This document shows, one piece after another, positions 9,631 through 19,604 of a DNA stretch of 64,000 nt; position 1 is the first letter of the stretch, and every line of letters begins with the position of its first letter. Origin of the DNA: an uncultured delta proteobacterium (lineage in GTDB: Bacteria > Desulfobacterota > Binatia > UBA9968); contig CAVSHR010000011.1 in assembly GCA_963727625.1 (NCBI GenBank), positions 192,001 to 256,000 of the forward strand, in the 5' to 3' direction. Below the pieces are notes generated by a model. It was not told the origin of the DNA and did no database searches. It was given only the letters and a program-made list of their open reading frames with translations. Both the position numbers and the translations under genes were made by a program.

Positions 9631-10221
9631 ATGCCATTTCGCTTTACGCGAGCATCGATTCCAGAAGTTATTCTCGTCGACCCGGCTGTGTTTTCAGACC
9701 AGCGCGGCTTTTTCATGGAGACGTACAAGCGCTCGGAATTTGCCGCGCAGGGGATATCGGAAACTTTTGTCCAAACTAATCACTCGAAATCTTCAAGAGG
9801 AACGTTGCGTGGATTGCACTATCAAAAACCGCCCAAGGCGCAGGGCAAACTGATTCGCGCGCTGGTCGGAGAGGTCTATGACGTGGCGGTCGACATTCGC
9901 AAAGGATCGCCCACCTTCGGCAAATGGGTATCGGCTGCACTTTCAGCGAAAAGTAAAAAAATGCTTTACCTGCCGGCGGGCTTCGCCCACGGCTTTTGCG
10001 TCACCAGCGACGATGCTGAGATCGAGTACATGGCCACCGAAGAGTACGCGCCGGATTTGGAGTCCGGGGTGATCTGGAACGACCCGGATCTCGGTATCGA
10101 TTGGCCGATCGCCGACCCGACACTCTCGCCGCGCGACCGCGCCTGGCCCCGCCTGCATGCTGCGGACAATAGTTTCACATATTCAGATGGCAGAGGGCAT
10201 AGCGCAGAGGGCACAGGGTAG
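9631..10221 (+). CDS. rfbC: dTDP-4-dehydrorhamnose 3,5-epimerase
   Basis: DQRGFFME, LRGLHYQ, DVAVDIRKGSPTFGKW, GFAHGF, WNDPDLGIDWP. Confidence 0.95.
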   Translation: MPFRFTRASIPEVILVDPAVFSDQRGFFMETYKRSEFAAQGISETFVQTNHSKSSRGTLRGLHYQKPPKAQGKLIRALVGEVYDVAVDIRKGSPTFGKWVSAALSAKSKKMLYLPAGFAHGFCVTSDDAEIEYMATEEYAPDLESGVIWNDPDLGIDWPIADPTLSPRDRAWPRLHAADNSFTYSDGRGHSAEGTG

Positions 10222-10272
10222 CTGGCAGCTGGCAGAGGGCATAGGGCATTGGGCAAGGGGTAGAGGGCAGGA
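10189..10272. repeat. Left heptamer arm (GGCAGAG/GGCATAG, about 12 units) of four-helix-bundle element 1
   Basis: ggcagag ggcatag cgcagag ggcacag ggtagct ggcagct ggcagag ggcatag ggcattg ggcaagg ggtagag ggcagga. Confidence 0.85.
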
Positions 10273-10319
10273 GGCTCTAACACAAACTAAGAGAGCGTCG
10301 ACATTAGGAGAGTGAGAGA

Positions 10320-10685
10320 GTGACGGAGGATAGGCCCAAGTTTCGCTTCATGGATTTGGAAATCTGGCGAGACGCTATCGAGATTGGGTGTGCATTGTTT
10401 GATATCGCGGATAAGCTGGAATCAAGGAGACTTTACAAGTTTGCCGAACAATTGCGCGGATCGGGACTATCGATGTCCAATAATATCGCCGAGGGCTCCG
10501 GCAGTAATTCAAAACGAGAATTTTCTAGTTTTTTGAACATCGCGCGCCGCTCTACCTTTGAAAACGCAAATATCCTGATCGTTATGGAAAAACGTCAACT
10601 GCTCGACGAAAACCAGGTAACAATATTGCTGGAAAAACTGGATCGACTGTGCCGAAGGATTACAAACTTCCAGAGAACCCTCTGA
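10320..10685 (+). CDS. Four helix bundle protein (23S rRNA IVS protein / Avd-like family)
   Basis: FMDLEIW, QLRGSGLSMSNNIAEGSG, FLNIARRSTFE family motifs; 121 aa. Confidence 0.9.
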   Translation: MTEDRPKFRFMDLEIWRDAIEIGCALFDIADKLESRRLYKFAEQLRGSGLSMSNNIAEGSGSNSKREFSSFLNIARRSTFENANILIVMEKRQLLDENQVTILLEKLDRLCRRITNFQRTL

Positions 10686-10697
10686 GATTGACTGGCG

Positions 10698-10850
10698 CCA
10701 TGCGCTTTCCTCCTTGTTTTTTTCTTATTTTTAGTAACTCCATGCCCGCTGCTCCGTGCCCTTTGTTTGCTACTCATGGCGCTATGCCCCATGCGCTCTG
10801 CCCATTGCGTGTTATCCTTGGTGCCATGCTCTTTGCCCTATGCCCTTAGC
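10698..10850. repeat. Right heptamer arm (CTATGCC/CTCTGCC), reverse complement of 10189-10272
   Basis: ctatgcc ccatgcg ctctgcc cattgcg ... ccatgct ctttgcc ctatgcc. Confidence 0.8.
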
Positions 10851-10857
10851 TAAGTTT

Positions 10858-11910
10858 ATGCGTACAGTCATTGTCACCGGCGGCTGCGGTTTTATCGGCA
10901 GCAACTTTGTCAGGTTGCTGTGCGCCGAGACCGATTGGCGGGTGGTCAATCTCGATAAGCTCACCTACGCGGGGAATCCGGAAAATCTTTCCGGGATAGA
11001 CGAGGAGCGCTACCGATTCATCAAAGGCGATATCGGTCAGCGGTCTTTGGTCGACCGTCTCTTAGAGGAGGAAAAGCCCTGGGCTGTCGTCAATTTTGCC
11101 GCCGAGTCGCACGTCGACCGAAGTATTCTCGACGCTGCTCCATTCCTGCAAACCAACATCGCGGGCGTGCAAAGCTTGCTGGAAACGGTGCGCTGCCATC
11201 CTGTGGAACGCTTTCTACAGATCTCCACCGACGAGGTTTACGGTGATCGTCAAGGGAAGGACCGCGCCACCGAAGAGTCGGCGCTTTTGCCGAGCAGTCC
11301 CTACGCCGCGACCAAGGGCGCGGCCGATCTGCTATGTCTTTCGTACCGGCGTACTTACGATTTGCCGATCATCGTGACGCGCAGCTCGAACAATTACGGC
11401 CCCTATCAATTCCCGGAAAAGCTGATTCCGCTGCTCATCCGAAACGGACTCAATGACTTGGAATTACCGATCTATGGCGACGGCAAGCAGATTCGCGATT
11501 GGCTGTGCGTCGAGGACAATTGCCGGGCGATTCTTTCGGTCCTTAACAAAGGGCAGATCGGCCGTATTTACAATATCGGCATCGGGGAAGAACGCACGAA
11601 TCTTGATGTCGCAGAAGCGATTTGTGCCGCCATTGCCGACCGTAAAAAGCTGAACTCAACGAAACTTACGGAACGAATTCGCTACGTCGCCGATCGGCCG
11701 GGACACGATCGCCGCTATGCGATCGACACTACGAAAGTTCGAAGCGAGCTCGGCTGGAAACCGCAATTGGATTTTGCCGCGGGAATCAAGCAGACCGTCG
11801 ATTGGTACCTTGATCATCTCGACTGGATGTCGCGGGTGACCTCGGGCGAGTATCGGAAGTACTATGAGTCAGTCTATGCGCAAGCGTGGGGCATGGGGCG
11901 TGGGGCATAG
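10858..11910 (+). CDS. rfbB: dTDP-glucose 4,6-dehydratase
   Basis: TGGCGFIGSNF, DKLTYAGN, AAESHVDRSI, STDEVYG, YxxxK, DRPGHDRRY; the real start is the ATG at 10858 (the upstream extension is translated repeat). Confidence 0.95.
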   Translation: MRTVIVTGGCGFIGSNFVRLLCAETDWRVVNLDKLTYAGNPENLSGIDEERYRFIKGDIGQRSLVDRLLEEEKPWAVVNFAAESHVDRSILDAAPFLQTNIAGVQSLLETVRCHPVERFLQISTDEVYGDRQGKDRATEESALLPSSPYAATKGAADLLCLSYRRTYDLPIIVTRSSNNYGPYQFPEKLIPLLIRNGLNDLELPIYGDGKQIRDWLCVEDNCRAILSVLNKGQIGRIYNIGIGEERTNLDVAEAICAAIADRKKLNSTKLTERIRYVADRPGHDRRYAIDTTKVRSELGWKPQLDFAAGIKQTVDWYLDHLDWMSRVTSGEYRKYYESVYAQAWGMGRGA

Positions 11911-12310
11911 GGCATGGGGCAGAGAGCAAAGCGCATGGCGCAGAGGGTAAAGCGCAGAGGGGATGGGGCGTGGGGCATAGGGCATGGGGCAGAGAGCAAA
12001 GCGCATGGCGCAGAGGGTAAAGCGCAGAGGGCGTGGGGCGTGGGGCATGGCGCAGAGGGTAAAGCGCATAGGGCATAGGGCATGGGGCAAAGCGCAAAGG
12101 GCGGCCGGCGGCGGTCCTCGGTCGTCAGTCCTCGGTCGTCAGTCCTCGGTCGTCAGTCCTCGGTCGTCGGTCTCTCGGTCGTCAGTCCTCGGTCGTCAGT
12201 CTTCAGTCTATGATCATCGGTCCTCAGTCACCCCTAGCGTGGAGCTGGTAGGGGGGAAAAGGCCCTCGCAGTATCAGTTTCGCACTATGCCCAATGCACT
12301 CTGCCCTTTG
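11884..12310. repeat. Gene-less heptamer element: GGCATRG/CGCAGAG array with a 70-bp higher-order unit, a CGGTCGT/CAGTCCT array and a short reverse arm
   Basis: 11891-11960 is almost identical to 11961-12030; cggtcgt cagtcct units at about 12112-12229; ctatgcc caatgca ctctgcc at about 12285-12305. Confidence 0.9.
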
Positions 12311-12324
12311 TTAGTTTCATTCCT

Positions 12325-13233
12325 ATGAAACGACAAAAAGTAGCCGTGATCGGCAGCACTGGACAACTCGGCACTGATCTGGTCGAGGTGTTGCGGCAGG
12401 ACGACAAATTCGAAGTGTTCCCAGCCGGCCACGCCGACTGTGACTGTACGAATGCGAATCAGGCGTTGGATGTCATCCGCAACTTGCACCCCGATGTGGT
12501 GATCAACTGCGCCGCCACCGTTCGCGTCGACGACTGTGAGGATCACGCGCGCGAAGCATTTGAAGTCAATGCGGTCGGAGCATTGAACATTGCGCGCGGG
12601 TGTGAGGCGGTGGATGCTCTTTGCGTTTATATCAGCACCGATTATGTTTTCGATGGCAACAAGGGCTCGCCGTACGTTGAGTCGGACCCGCCTTGCCCCA
12701 TCAACGTCTATGGTGCGTCAAAGTTAGCCGGCGAGTATCTGGTTCGGCAGTCTGCGCCGCGCTGGTTGATCGTCAGAATGTCGAGCTTATTCGGCAAAAC
12801 CGGCGCTCGCGGCAAGGGCGGTAATTTTGTCGAGACGACTTTATCAAAGGCCAAAGCGAACGAGGCCTTGAGAATCGTAAACGATGTGCGTATGTCTCCG
12901 ACCTTCGCCCGCGACGCCGCCGAAGCTGTGCGGGCGCTTATCCGAAGTGGAATCACCGGGCTATGTCACTTGGCCAACAGCGGCGCTTGCACATGGCATG
13001 AGTTTGCCAAAGCGATATTGATGCAAGCCGGTATAAGCAAAGAAGTCGTTCCGATCTCTTCCGCAGAGCTTCACGCGAAGGCTCGCCGGCCCAAAGATTC
13101 ATCACTGCGAAGTGATAGGATTCACGGGATGCTCCAATATAAGCTGCCCCCTTGGCAAGATGCGCTGCGAGCGTATCTAGTGGAGAAGGAACATATTCAA
13201 GCGATCGGCCCAGCTTTACGCGACACGCGTTGA
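12325..13233 (+). CDS. rfbD: dTDP-4-dehydrorhamnose reductase
   Basis: GSTGQLG, ISTDYVFDG, YGASKLAGE, SPT, ARRP motifs. Confidence 0.94.
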   Translation: MKRQKVAVIGSTGQLGTDLVEVLRQDDKFEVFPAGHADCDCTNANQALDVIRNLHPDVVINCAATVRVDDCEDHAREAFEVNAVGALNIARGCEAVDALCVYISTDYVFDGNKGSPYVESDPPCPINVYGASKLAGEYLVRQSAPRWLIVRMSSLFGKTGARGKGGNFVETTLSKAKANEALRIVNDVRMSPTFARDAAEAVRALIRSGITGLCHLANSGACTWHEFAKAILMQAGISKEVVPISSAELHAKARRPKDSSLRSDRIHGMLQYKLPPWQDALRAYLVEKEHIQAIGPALRDTR

Positions 13234-13262
13234 AGGCCAGGCAAAGAAAACAAGAGGATCCA

Positions 13263-14270
13263 ATGGATCAACCCAAAGTCACTATCGCTGTCGTTCCGCG
13301 GGAGCGCTTCAACATGACCGCATACTCTCTCGAAAGCATTTATCGGGAGACCCATTATCCGTTCAAGATGATCTACGTCGACGGCGGTTCGCCCAACCAT
13401 GTCCGGAACTATCTTCAAATCCAAGCGCAAAAAAAAGGCTTCGAGCTTATCCGGACAGATCATTACCTCAGTCCCAACCAAGCGAGAAATCTAGCTTTAA
13501 AAAATCTCGACACAAGGTATGTATTGTTTATCGACAACGATGTTGTGGTGACCCCTGGTTGGTTGGCAGCGCTGGTTCAATGTGCGGAGGAAACCGGGGC
13601 TTGGGTGGTCGGGCCAGTATACTGCATTGGGCAACCTGAGTTTCAAACCATTCATATGGCCGGGGGAATGGCTCATATCGTCGACGATCACGGACAAAGA
13701 GATCTGAACGAGCAACACCGATTTATCGGAAAACCCTGGGACGGGGTTCGAGACCAACTGCATCGGGAACCGACGGAACTCGTAGAGTTCCATTCGATCC
13801 TGATACAAACCGAGGTCTTCGGGACGATCGGATCTCTGGACGAAAATCTTCTCAGCAGCCCGGAGCATATTGATCTTTGTCTTTTGGTCAAACAAGCGGG
13901 TGGCACGATATGTTTTGAGCCCCGGTCTCTGGTTAACTATCTAAGCCCGCCTCCGCTGGCGCGCTCTGACTTGTCGTTTTTCATGCTTCGTTGGAGCGAC
14001 GAATGGAATCGCAAGAGCTTGGAACATTTTCGGAAAAAATGGGAATTGGCCGACAACAGTACGTTTCTTACCCGGCACTACGACTGGCTGACTGGCCATC
14101 GCCAACAGATCACGCTTGCCCCGATGCAAACAGGACTTCGTAACCTCGTTGGATGGCGTCTGGGAAGTTGGCTGGGAAGTCAATTACTGGCCAGGGCAGA
14201 GAAGTCATTCAACAATTGGTGGGTTAGCCATAGCTCCAAGACGCGGGTAGCCGGCCAAACAGCTAAGTGA
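13263..14270 (+). CDS. Glycosyltransferase family 2
   Basis: VDGGS, ARNLAL, FIDND (DxD), EHIDLC motifs. Confidence 0.85.
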   Translation: MDQPKVTIAVVPRERFNMTAYSLESIYRETHYPFKMIYVDGGSPNHVRNYLQIQAQKKGFELIRTDHYLSPNQARNLALKNLDTRYVLFIDNDVVVTPGWLAALVQCAEETGAWVVGPVYCIGQPEFQTIHMAGGMAHIVDDHGQRDLNEQHRFIGKPWDGVRDQLHREPTELVEFHSILIQTEVFGTIGSLDENLLSSPEHIDLCLLVKQAGGTICFEPRSLVNYLSPPPLARSDLSFFMLRWSDEWNRKSLEHFRKKWELADNSTFLTRHYDWLTGHRQQITLAPMQTGLRNLVGWRLGSWLGSQLLARAEKSFNNWWVSHSSKTRVAGQTAK

Positions 14271-14290
14271 TTCCTCTTGGGTATCGAGCC

Positions 14291-15116
14291 ATGAAGACCT
14301 ACGCGCAGACCAATATTCAATTATTAAATCTGTTGCGACAACTAGGCTACTCCGGGAGAGAGGTCATGGTTGCTCACGACGGATATCGTCTGGCGATGCA
14401 ATTTTTCGGGACAATATCGACCATCCGGAAAGCCGTTTGTGTGCCATTTAATCGGGACTGCCGCCATTCTGGCGGATCAGAAGGCTCCAATTGAAATCGT
14501 TGCAGCGGGGCTTCTTCATGCGGCCTATACTTTCGGTGAATTTGGCAGTGGGCACAAAGGTATTTCGGACGCGAAGAGGACGCAGGTGCGAAAAGTTGTC
14601 GGCGATGAAGCAGAAGCTCTCATTGCTGAATACGCAGGAGTCCCGTGGAATAAACTCGCAGTTCTCGAATTATCGGAAAAAGATTTAATTGGAGTCACAA
14701 ATGTAATGCGTCAGGTCTTATTCATCCGTTTGGCGAACGAATTGGAAGAGCATCTAGACTTGGGCATCGCATATTGTAGTGACGCCGAACAGAGGAAAAA
14801 AGCGATTGATTCCCATCTCGGCAAACTCGTCGAAGTCGCGAAGGAATTGCATATAAAGAACTGTCATATCTATTGAACGAAGCGTTTCAACAATGCATTT
14901 CACATGAGCAAATCAATTTGCCAAACTACGGTCGCCGGAGTTCCTTTTGTTTGGCTCCAGTGTCTCGACCGCCTTCGGCTGGGACCCCGGATCAGTGCCT
15001 TTCTTGAAGGACCCGGTCGGTCTTTCCTGCGAAAAGGTCTCGGCTGGCGGCGTGGAAATGGGGTTGAGCAGAGGATCAAGCGAGCTTTAGAGTGGTGGAC
15101 TATCCGCCCATACTGA
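14291..15116 (+). pseudogene. HD-like domain protein (DUF6817-like), split by several frameshifts
   Basis: YAQTNIQL ... YRPSGKPFVCHLIGTA ... AGLLHAAY ... RLANELE across three or more frames. Confidence 0.6.
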
Positions 15117-15359
15117 AACGGAGTTTCGTTCATCCGGGACGAATTGTCACCGATGGATTGAGCCCCATCATCTGCGCACACAACAGAATACGGTTGGTCG
15201 GCCGAAGTGTCCAAATTCGCCACTTGCCGTCGTCGGAATTCATCGGCCGATAAAACGCCCGAGTCAATGCGAGCGTCCAGAGTAAGTTCGTATCCTCGCA
15301 AAAATGGTCTGTCCCTATTCTAACTTGCGCGCCGGCCGCTGCTAGTTATACTGCGCTCT

Positions 15360-16207
15360 ATGTTAGCCGAAGTACCTATGAACCCCTCGGAACCCACGGT
15401 GGTTATCGAGCCGCGCAGGGGGCTGTTTGATCTAGATCTGAAGGCCGTCTGGCAGTACCGCGAGCTGCTTTATTTTCTGGTCTGGCGCGATCTCAAGATC
15501 CGCTACAAGCAGACTGCGATCGGAGTCGCCTGGGCGGTTTTGCAGCCGGTTGTTCAGATGGTCATCTTTACGGTGATATTCGGCCGGTTCGCAAAAATTC
15601 CCTCCGACGATCTTCCTTACGCGGTCTTTGCTTATAGCGCGCTTCTCCCCTGGAACTATTTCGCCACGGCCTTGAACCGCTGTGCCGTCAGCGTGGTCGG
15701 CGATGCCAATTTGATTTCGAAGATCTATTTCCCGCGCCTCCTTCTGCCCATTGCCGGCACGACTTCGGGGTTTATCGATTTCTTCGTTTCTTTCATTGTT
15801 TTGCTAGGAATGATGGCCTGGTACCAAATCGCGTTTACCGGGTGGTTGCTGACGGTGCCGCTGTTCTTGATATTGGCTCAGCTTACGGCTCTGGCCGTGG
15901 GCCTTTGGTTATCCGCGTTGAATGTCCGTTACCGCGATGTCGGCCATACCGTCCCGTTTATCGTTCAGATTTGGATGTTTGCCTCACCGGTTGTCTATCC
16001 AGTGAGTTTGATTCCGGAGAAGTGGCGCATGCTCTTTAGCCTCAACCCCATGGTCGGCGTCATCGAGGGATTCCGCTGGGCTTTGCTCGGCAAGGCGAGT
16101 CCCGACTTCACCGCCATGGCCGCAGTTTGCTCGTCGTATCGGTCTTGCTGGTTGGTGGTCTCGTATTTTTTAAAAATATGGAGCGGACCTTTGCGGATGT
16201 GGTGTAG
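15360..16207 (+). CDS. wzm: Polysaccharide ABC transporter permease (Wzm), frameshift near 16120
   Basis: RDLKIRYKQT, IYFPR, YRDV, NPMVGVIEGFR; the canonical MERTFADVV* ending lies in a shifted frame with stop at 16205-16207. Confidence 0.9.
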
Positions 16208-16212
16208 TAGAG

Positions 16213-16900
16213 GACGGTAGACCGACGACAGATGACCGACGACGGACAAATGAATCTGGAGGGTTGACCGTCACATTGCCAATTAGCTGTCGAACGAGGT
16301 TCTGGGGTCACCGTGTCAACGGTCGACAGTCGGGTCAAATCATCATTTCTGGTCTGAGTTTCGTCGTTGGTCAATTGTCAGATGTATAAATTCGAAAAGC
16401 TTGAAGTTTACCAACTTGCTTTGCAGTACACGGACATGATTTACGCGGTGGCGGAAAAACTCCCCAAAAAAGAGGAGCATAACCTTAAATCACAGGTCAT
16501 TCGGGCTGGAACGTCAATCGTGCTCAATATCGCCGAAGGATCGACTAGCCAAAGCGACATGGAACAAAGAAGGTTCCTGGCGATGTCCCTTCGGTCTCTT
16601 CTAGAAACGGTTGCATGCCAGCAGTTAATTGCTCGTCGAGGCTACGTCGGCAGAGAAGAGTTGGCTAAAACATACGATTTTAGCCAAGTGCTTTTCGGGA
16701 AGTTACAAGCAATGCGCCGTTCACTTCAAAAGAACAAGGGCGAAAAATAAACACGAGCTCTCTTCGTCAATCTTCAGACTGTTGTCAACGGTCTTTTTGG
16801 TCGGTCAACGGTCGCTTTCATCCGTCTTGCGTTTTGTGCGCGGGCGGTCCACGATTTTCAGTTTTCCGTCTATCGTCCTCAGTCTACCGTCAACCGTCGT
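16213..16900. mobile_element. Four-helix-bundle element 2 with inverted GACNGAC/GTCNGTC heptamer arms
   Basis: gacggta gaccgac gacagat gaccgac gacggac (16213-16247); ccgtcta tcgtcct cagtcta ccgtcaa ccgtcgt (16866-16900); 16213-16222 is the exact reverse complement of 16882-16891; mobility is inferred. Confidence 0.55.
16382..16750 (+). CDS. Four helix bundle protein
   Basis: YKFEKLEVY, SQVIRAGTSIVLNIAEGS, FLAMSLRSLLET. Confidence 0.9.
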   Translation: MYKFEKLEVYQLALQYTDMIYAVAEKLPKKEEHNLKSQVIRAGTSIVLNIAEGSTSQSDMEQRRFLAMSLRSLLETVACQQLIARRGYVGREELAKTYDFSQVLFGKLQAMRRSLQKNKGEK

Positions 16901-16912
16901 TTGACTAATGCT

Positions 16913-18289
16913 ATGAGTGATCTCGCCATCCGCGTCGAAAACCTAGGCAAGCTCTACAAGATCGGTGCGCGTCAGAACCGTCACGACACGCTCCGCGATC
17001 ATCTTGTTTACGGCATCAAATCACTCTTCTCACGCAATGGTGATCGGCCGGCGGTCGTTGGTCATCCATCCACAAGCAGCGGTCCGTTGTCCGCGGTCAG
17101 CGGTCAACCGTCAGGATCTTCCAGTCAACCCTCAACCCTCGACTCTCAATCCTCGATCCACCCTCAACCACCCGACACCATCTGGGCCCTCAAGGACGTC
17201 TCTTTCGAGATCAGGCACGGTGACGCGGTTGGTTTCGTCGGGCGCAACGGGGCGGGTAAAAGCACTCTGCTCAAGATTCTCTCCCGCATCACCGAGCCGA
17301 CAACCGGTCGCGCAGAGATCTACGGTCGTGTTGGCTCGCTTCTCGAAGTCGGAACCGGCTTCCATCCCGAGCTTACCGGGCGGGAAAATATCTTTCTTAA
17401 CGGCGCGATTCTTGGCATGCGCAAAGCCGAGATCGAACGAAAGTTCGATGAAATCGTCGCATTTTCCGAGGTCGAGACGTTCATCGATACCCCAGTCAAA
17501 CGATATTCCAGCGGCATGCGAGTCCGTCTGGCGTTTTCGGTGGCGGCACACTTGGAACCGGAGATTTTGATCGTCGACGAGGTCTTGGCAGTCGGCGACG
17601 CGGAATTTCAGAAAAAATGTTTGGGTAAAATGGACGATGTGACCAAACAGGGCCGGACCGTTCTTTTCGTGAGTCACAATTTGGTTGCTTTACGGCGATT
17701 GTGCGACCGAGGCCTGCTTTTGGATCGTGGCCAAGCGGTTTGCTTTGACTCGGTGGATGGCTGCGTAAACCGGTACGAGCAAATGATGGTTAACGGAGAT
17801 GCCAGGACATCAGCTGCGCACGTCCTCTACGAAGCAAACGGAATGAGCAGCGGGCAATTCGGCATAGCAAAGATTGAGATTCTTGATTGCGCAGGTGCTC
17901 CCAAGGTCGGAATTTACACCTGGGACTCCTTCACGATTCGGGTTCACTATATTGCGCCAAGACATGTAAGCCGGGGTTCCGTTGTCATACAGATTAATTC
18001 GCCCGATGGAGCGCCTTTGTTGGTTTTATCTACGCAGCCAGATTCCGCAGTGCCAATGGCCCTCGAGGTCGGCACTCACGCGGTCGATTGTATGGTAAAG
18101 AATATTCCTTTGGCAGCGGGTGATTATGTTATCGGCGCTGGACTGGCCATTCCTAACCAGGAGTGGTTACGCAAAACCGAAAACCTGGGTCGGATCAAGA
18201 TTTTACCACGCGATGTGTTCGACTCGGGCCGGCCTCCAGTTTCGACGCGAGCCTTGATGGCAGTTCCTCATGGCTGGCGGATAAGATGA
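16913..18289 (+). CDS. wzt: Polysaccharide ABC transporter ATP-binding protein (Wzt) with C-terminal carbohydrate-binding domain
   Basis: GRNGAGKST, YSSGM, DEVLAVGD, VSH motifs; C-terminal Wzt_C-like region. Confidence 0.93.
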   Translation: MSDLAIRVENLGKLYKIGARQNRHDTLRDHLVYGIKSLFSRNGDRPAVVGHPSTSSGPLSAVSGQPSGSSSQPSTLDSQSSIHPQPPDTIWALKDVSFEIRHGDAVGFVGRNGAGKSTLLKILSRITEPTTGRAEIYGRVGSLLEVGTGFHPELTGRENIFLNGAILGMRKAEIERKFDEIVAFSEVETFIDTPVKRYSSGMRVRLAFSVAAHLEPEILIVDEVLAVGDAEFQKKCLGKMDDVTKQGRTVLFVSHNLVALRRLCDRGLLLDRGQAVCFDSVDGCVNRYEQMMVNGDARTSAAHVLYEANGMSSGQFGIAKIEILDCAGAPKVGIYTWDSFTIRVHYIAPRHVSRGSVVIQINSPDGAPLLVLSTQPDSAVPMALEVGTHAVDCMVKNIPLAAGDYVIGAGLAIPNQEWLRKTENLGRIKILPRDVFDSGRPPVSTRALMAVPHGWRIR

Positions 18290-18522
18290 CAGAGCCCGTT
18301 CGCCTCGCCAACCCATCGATGGTGCAGATGTCAAACGAGAACCGCGCTTCTACAATTAGATTGTCGGATAAATGAAGTGCGTTTGTCGGCTGATGATTGG
18401 ATTATGGACGCGGTCTCGCGATACCGATAAGGACTGTGCTCAATATTAGCTTCTATCGTTTGGCTGGAAAACCGTCGTAGGGGTCCGCCGGGTCATGATA
18501 CTTTTAATTGCATTCGCCAGTC

Positions 18523-19434
18523 ATGATCAGCGTCGTTCTTTGCACGTACATCGCAACGAAGATCTGGCGAAATGTTTGGCTGAACTGGACTCCAGCACAT
18601 TCCAGCCGGAATGGCTTGGGAGTTGATGGTGGTGGACAACAATTCCTCGGATCGAACCGAAAAGATCGTAAGAGAATTTGCGTCCAGAGGCCGCTTGCCG
18701 ATCAAATACCTTTTTGAATCAAAGCAAGGGAAATCCCATGCGCTGAACCAGGGCATCTCGAAATCAACCGGCGACACAATAGCGTTTATCGATGACGATT
18801 GCCTAGCCCATAAAGATTGGCTTTGGTCTTTGACGAAAATATTCCATTCCGATCCGCAGGTGATCGGAGTGGGAGGCAGGATACTCCCCGTGTGGAACAC
18901 GGAAAAACCGTCTTGGCTCGATATGAATGAGATGCCGGGTCCTATCGTGTGTTTTGATATGGGTGATGAATTTACGCAATCGAATGTCGTTCCGTTTGGC
19001 GCAAATATGGCGTTCCGCAAAACAGCTTTCCTGAATGGCCTATTCCGGTCGATATGGGCCCCAATGCGAAGAGTAAGGCTCGTACGAGTGGCCGTGGGGA
19101 GGATACGGAATTCGAAGACGAGTTCGGAGAGGCGGAGAAAAGATTGCCTATATTCCTGACGCAATTGTTTACCACCCGGTGGAGCCGAGCAGATTGACCA
19201 AAAACTATTTCCAAAAGTGGTATTTTTCCTATGGCAGGGCCCTGCTCCTGGAAAACGGTCTGCGACGGTGCGGTATTTTACTTTGGCGTTCCACGTTATC
19301 TATATCGCAGCATCGCAACGTGTATGATCAAGTGGCTTTGGTGCTTCAATGAACGGAAGCGATTCTCTCGTAAGCTGGCCTTGTGTCATCTCGCGGGTGT
19401 GTGTTTCGCCGCGATTCAGAACGCAAGAAAATAA
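18523..19434 (+). pseudogene. Glycosyltransferase family 2, multiple frameshifts; paralog of 48550-49509
   Basis: MISVVLCTY, VVDNNS, FIDDD, GANMAFRK, GVPRYLYR pieces in different frames. Confidence 0.75.
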
Positions 19435-19604
19435 GGATATGAACGACACGAATGTTTTCCAGAGATTGAGCATCGGGGGCCTGCAATTTTGCTTGACGAA
19501 AGGGTTTGGAGATCAATAAGTTTCAAGGTGCAGAATGGCTGCTTCTTCACGGCGGTTCCTGCTTTGCTTGTCAAAACCGACACTTAAAAAGTGATGATAG
19601 CCCA

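Noticed and set aside
10756-10857. N-terminal extension of RfbB
   Set aside because: It is the translated right heptamer arm; the Rossmann motif starts right after the ATG at 10858
11786-12328. ORFs rich in PHALC/PMPYA or SSV repeats
   Set aside because: Heptamer arrays read in several frames
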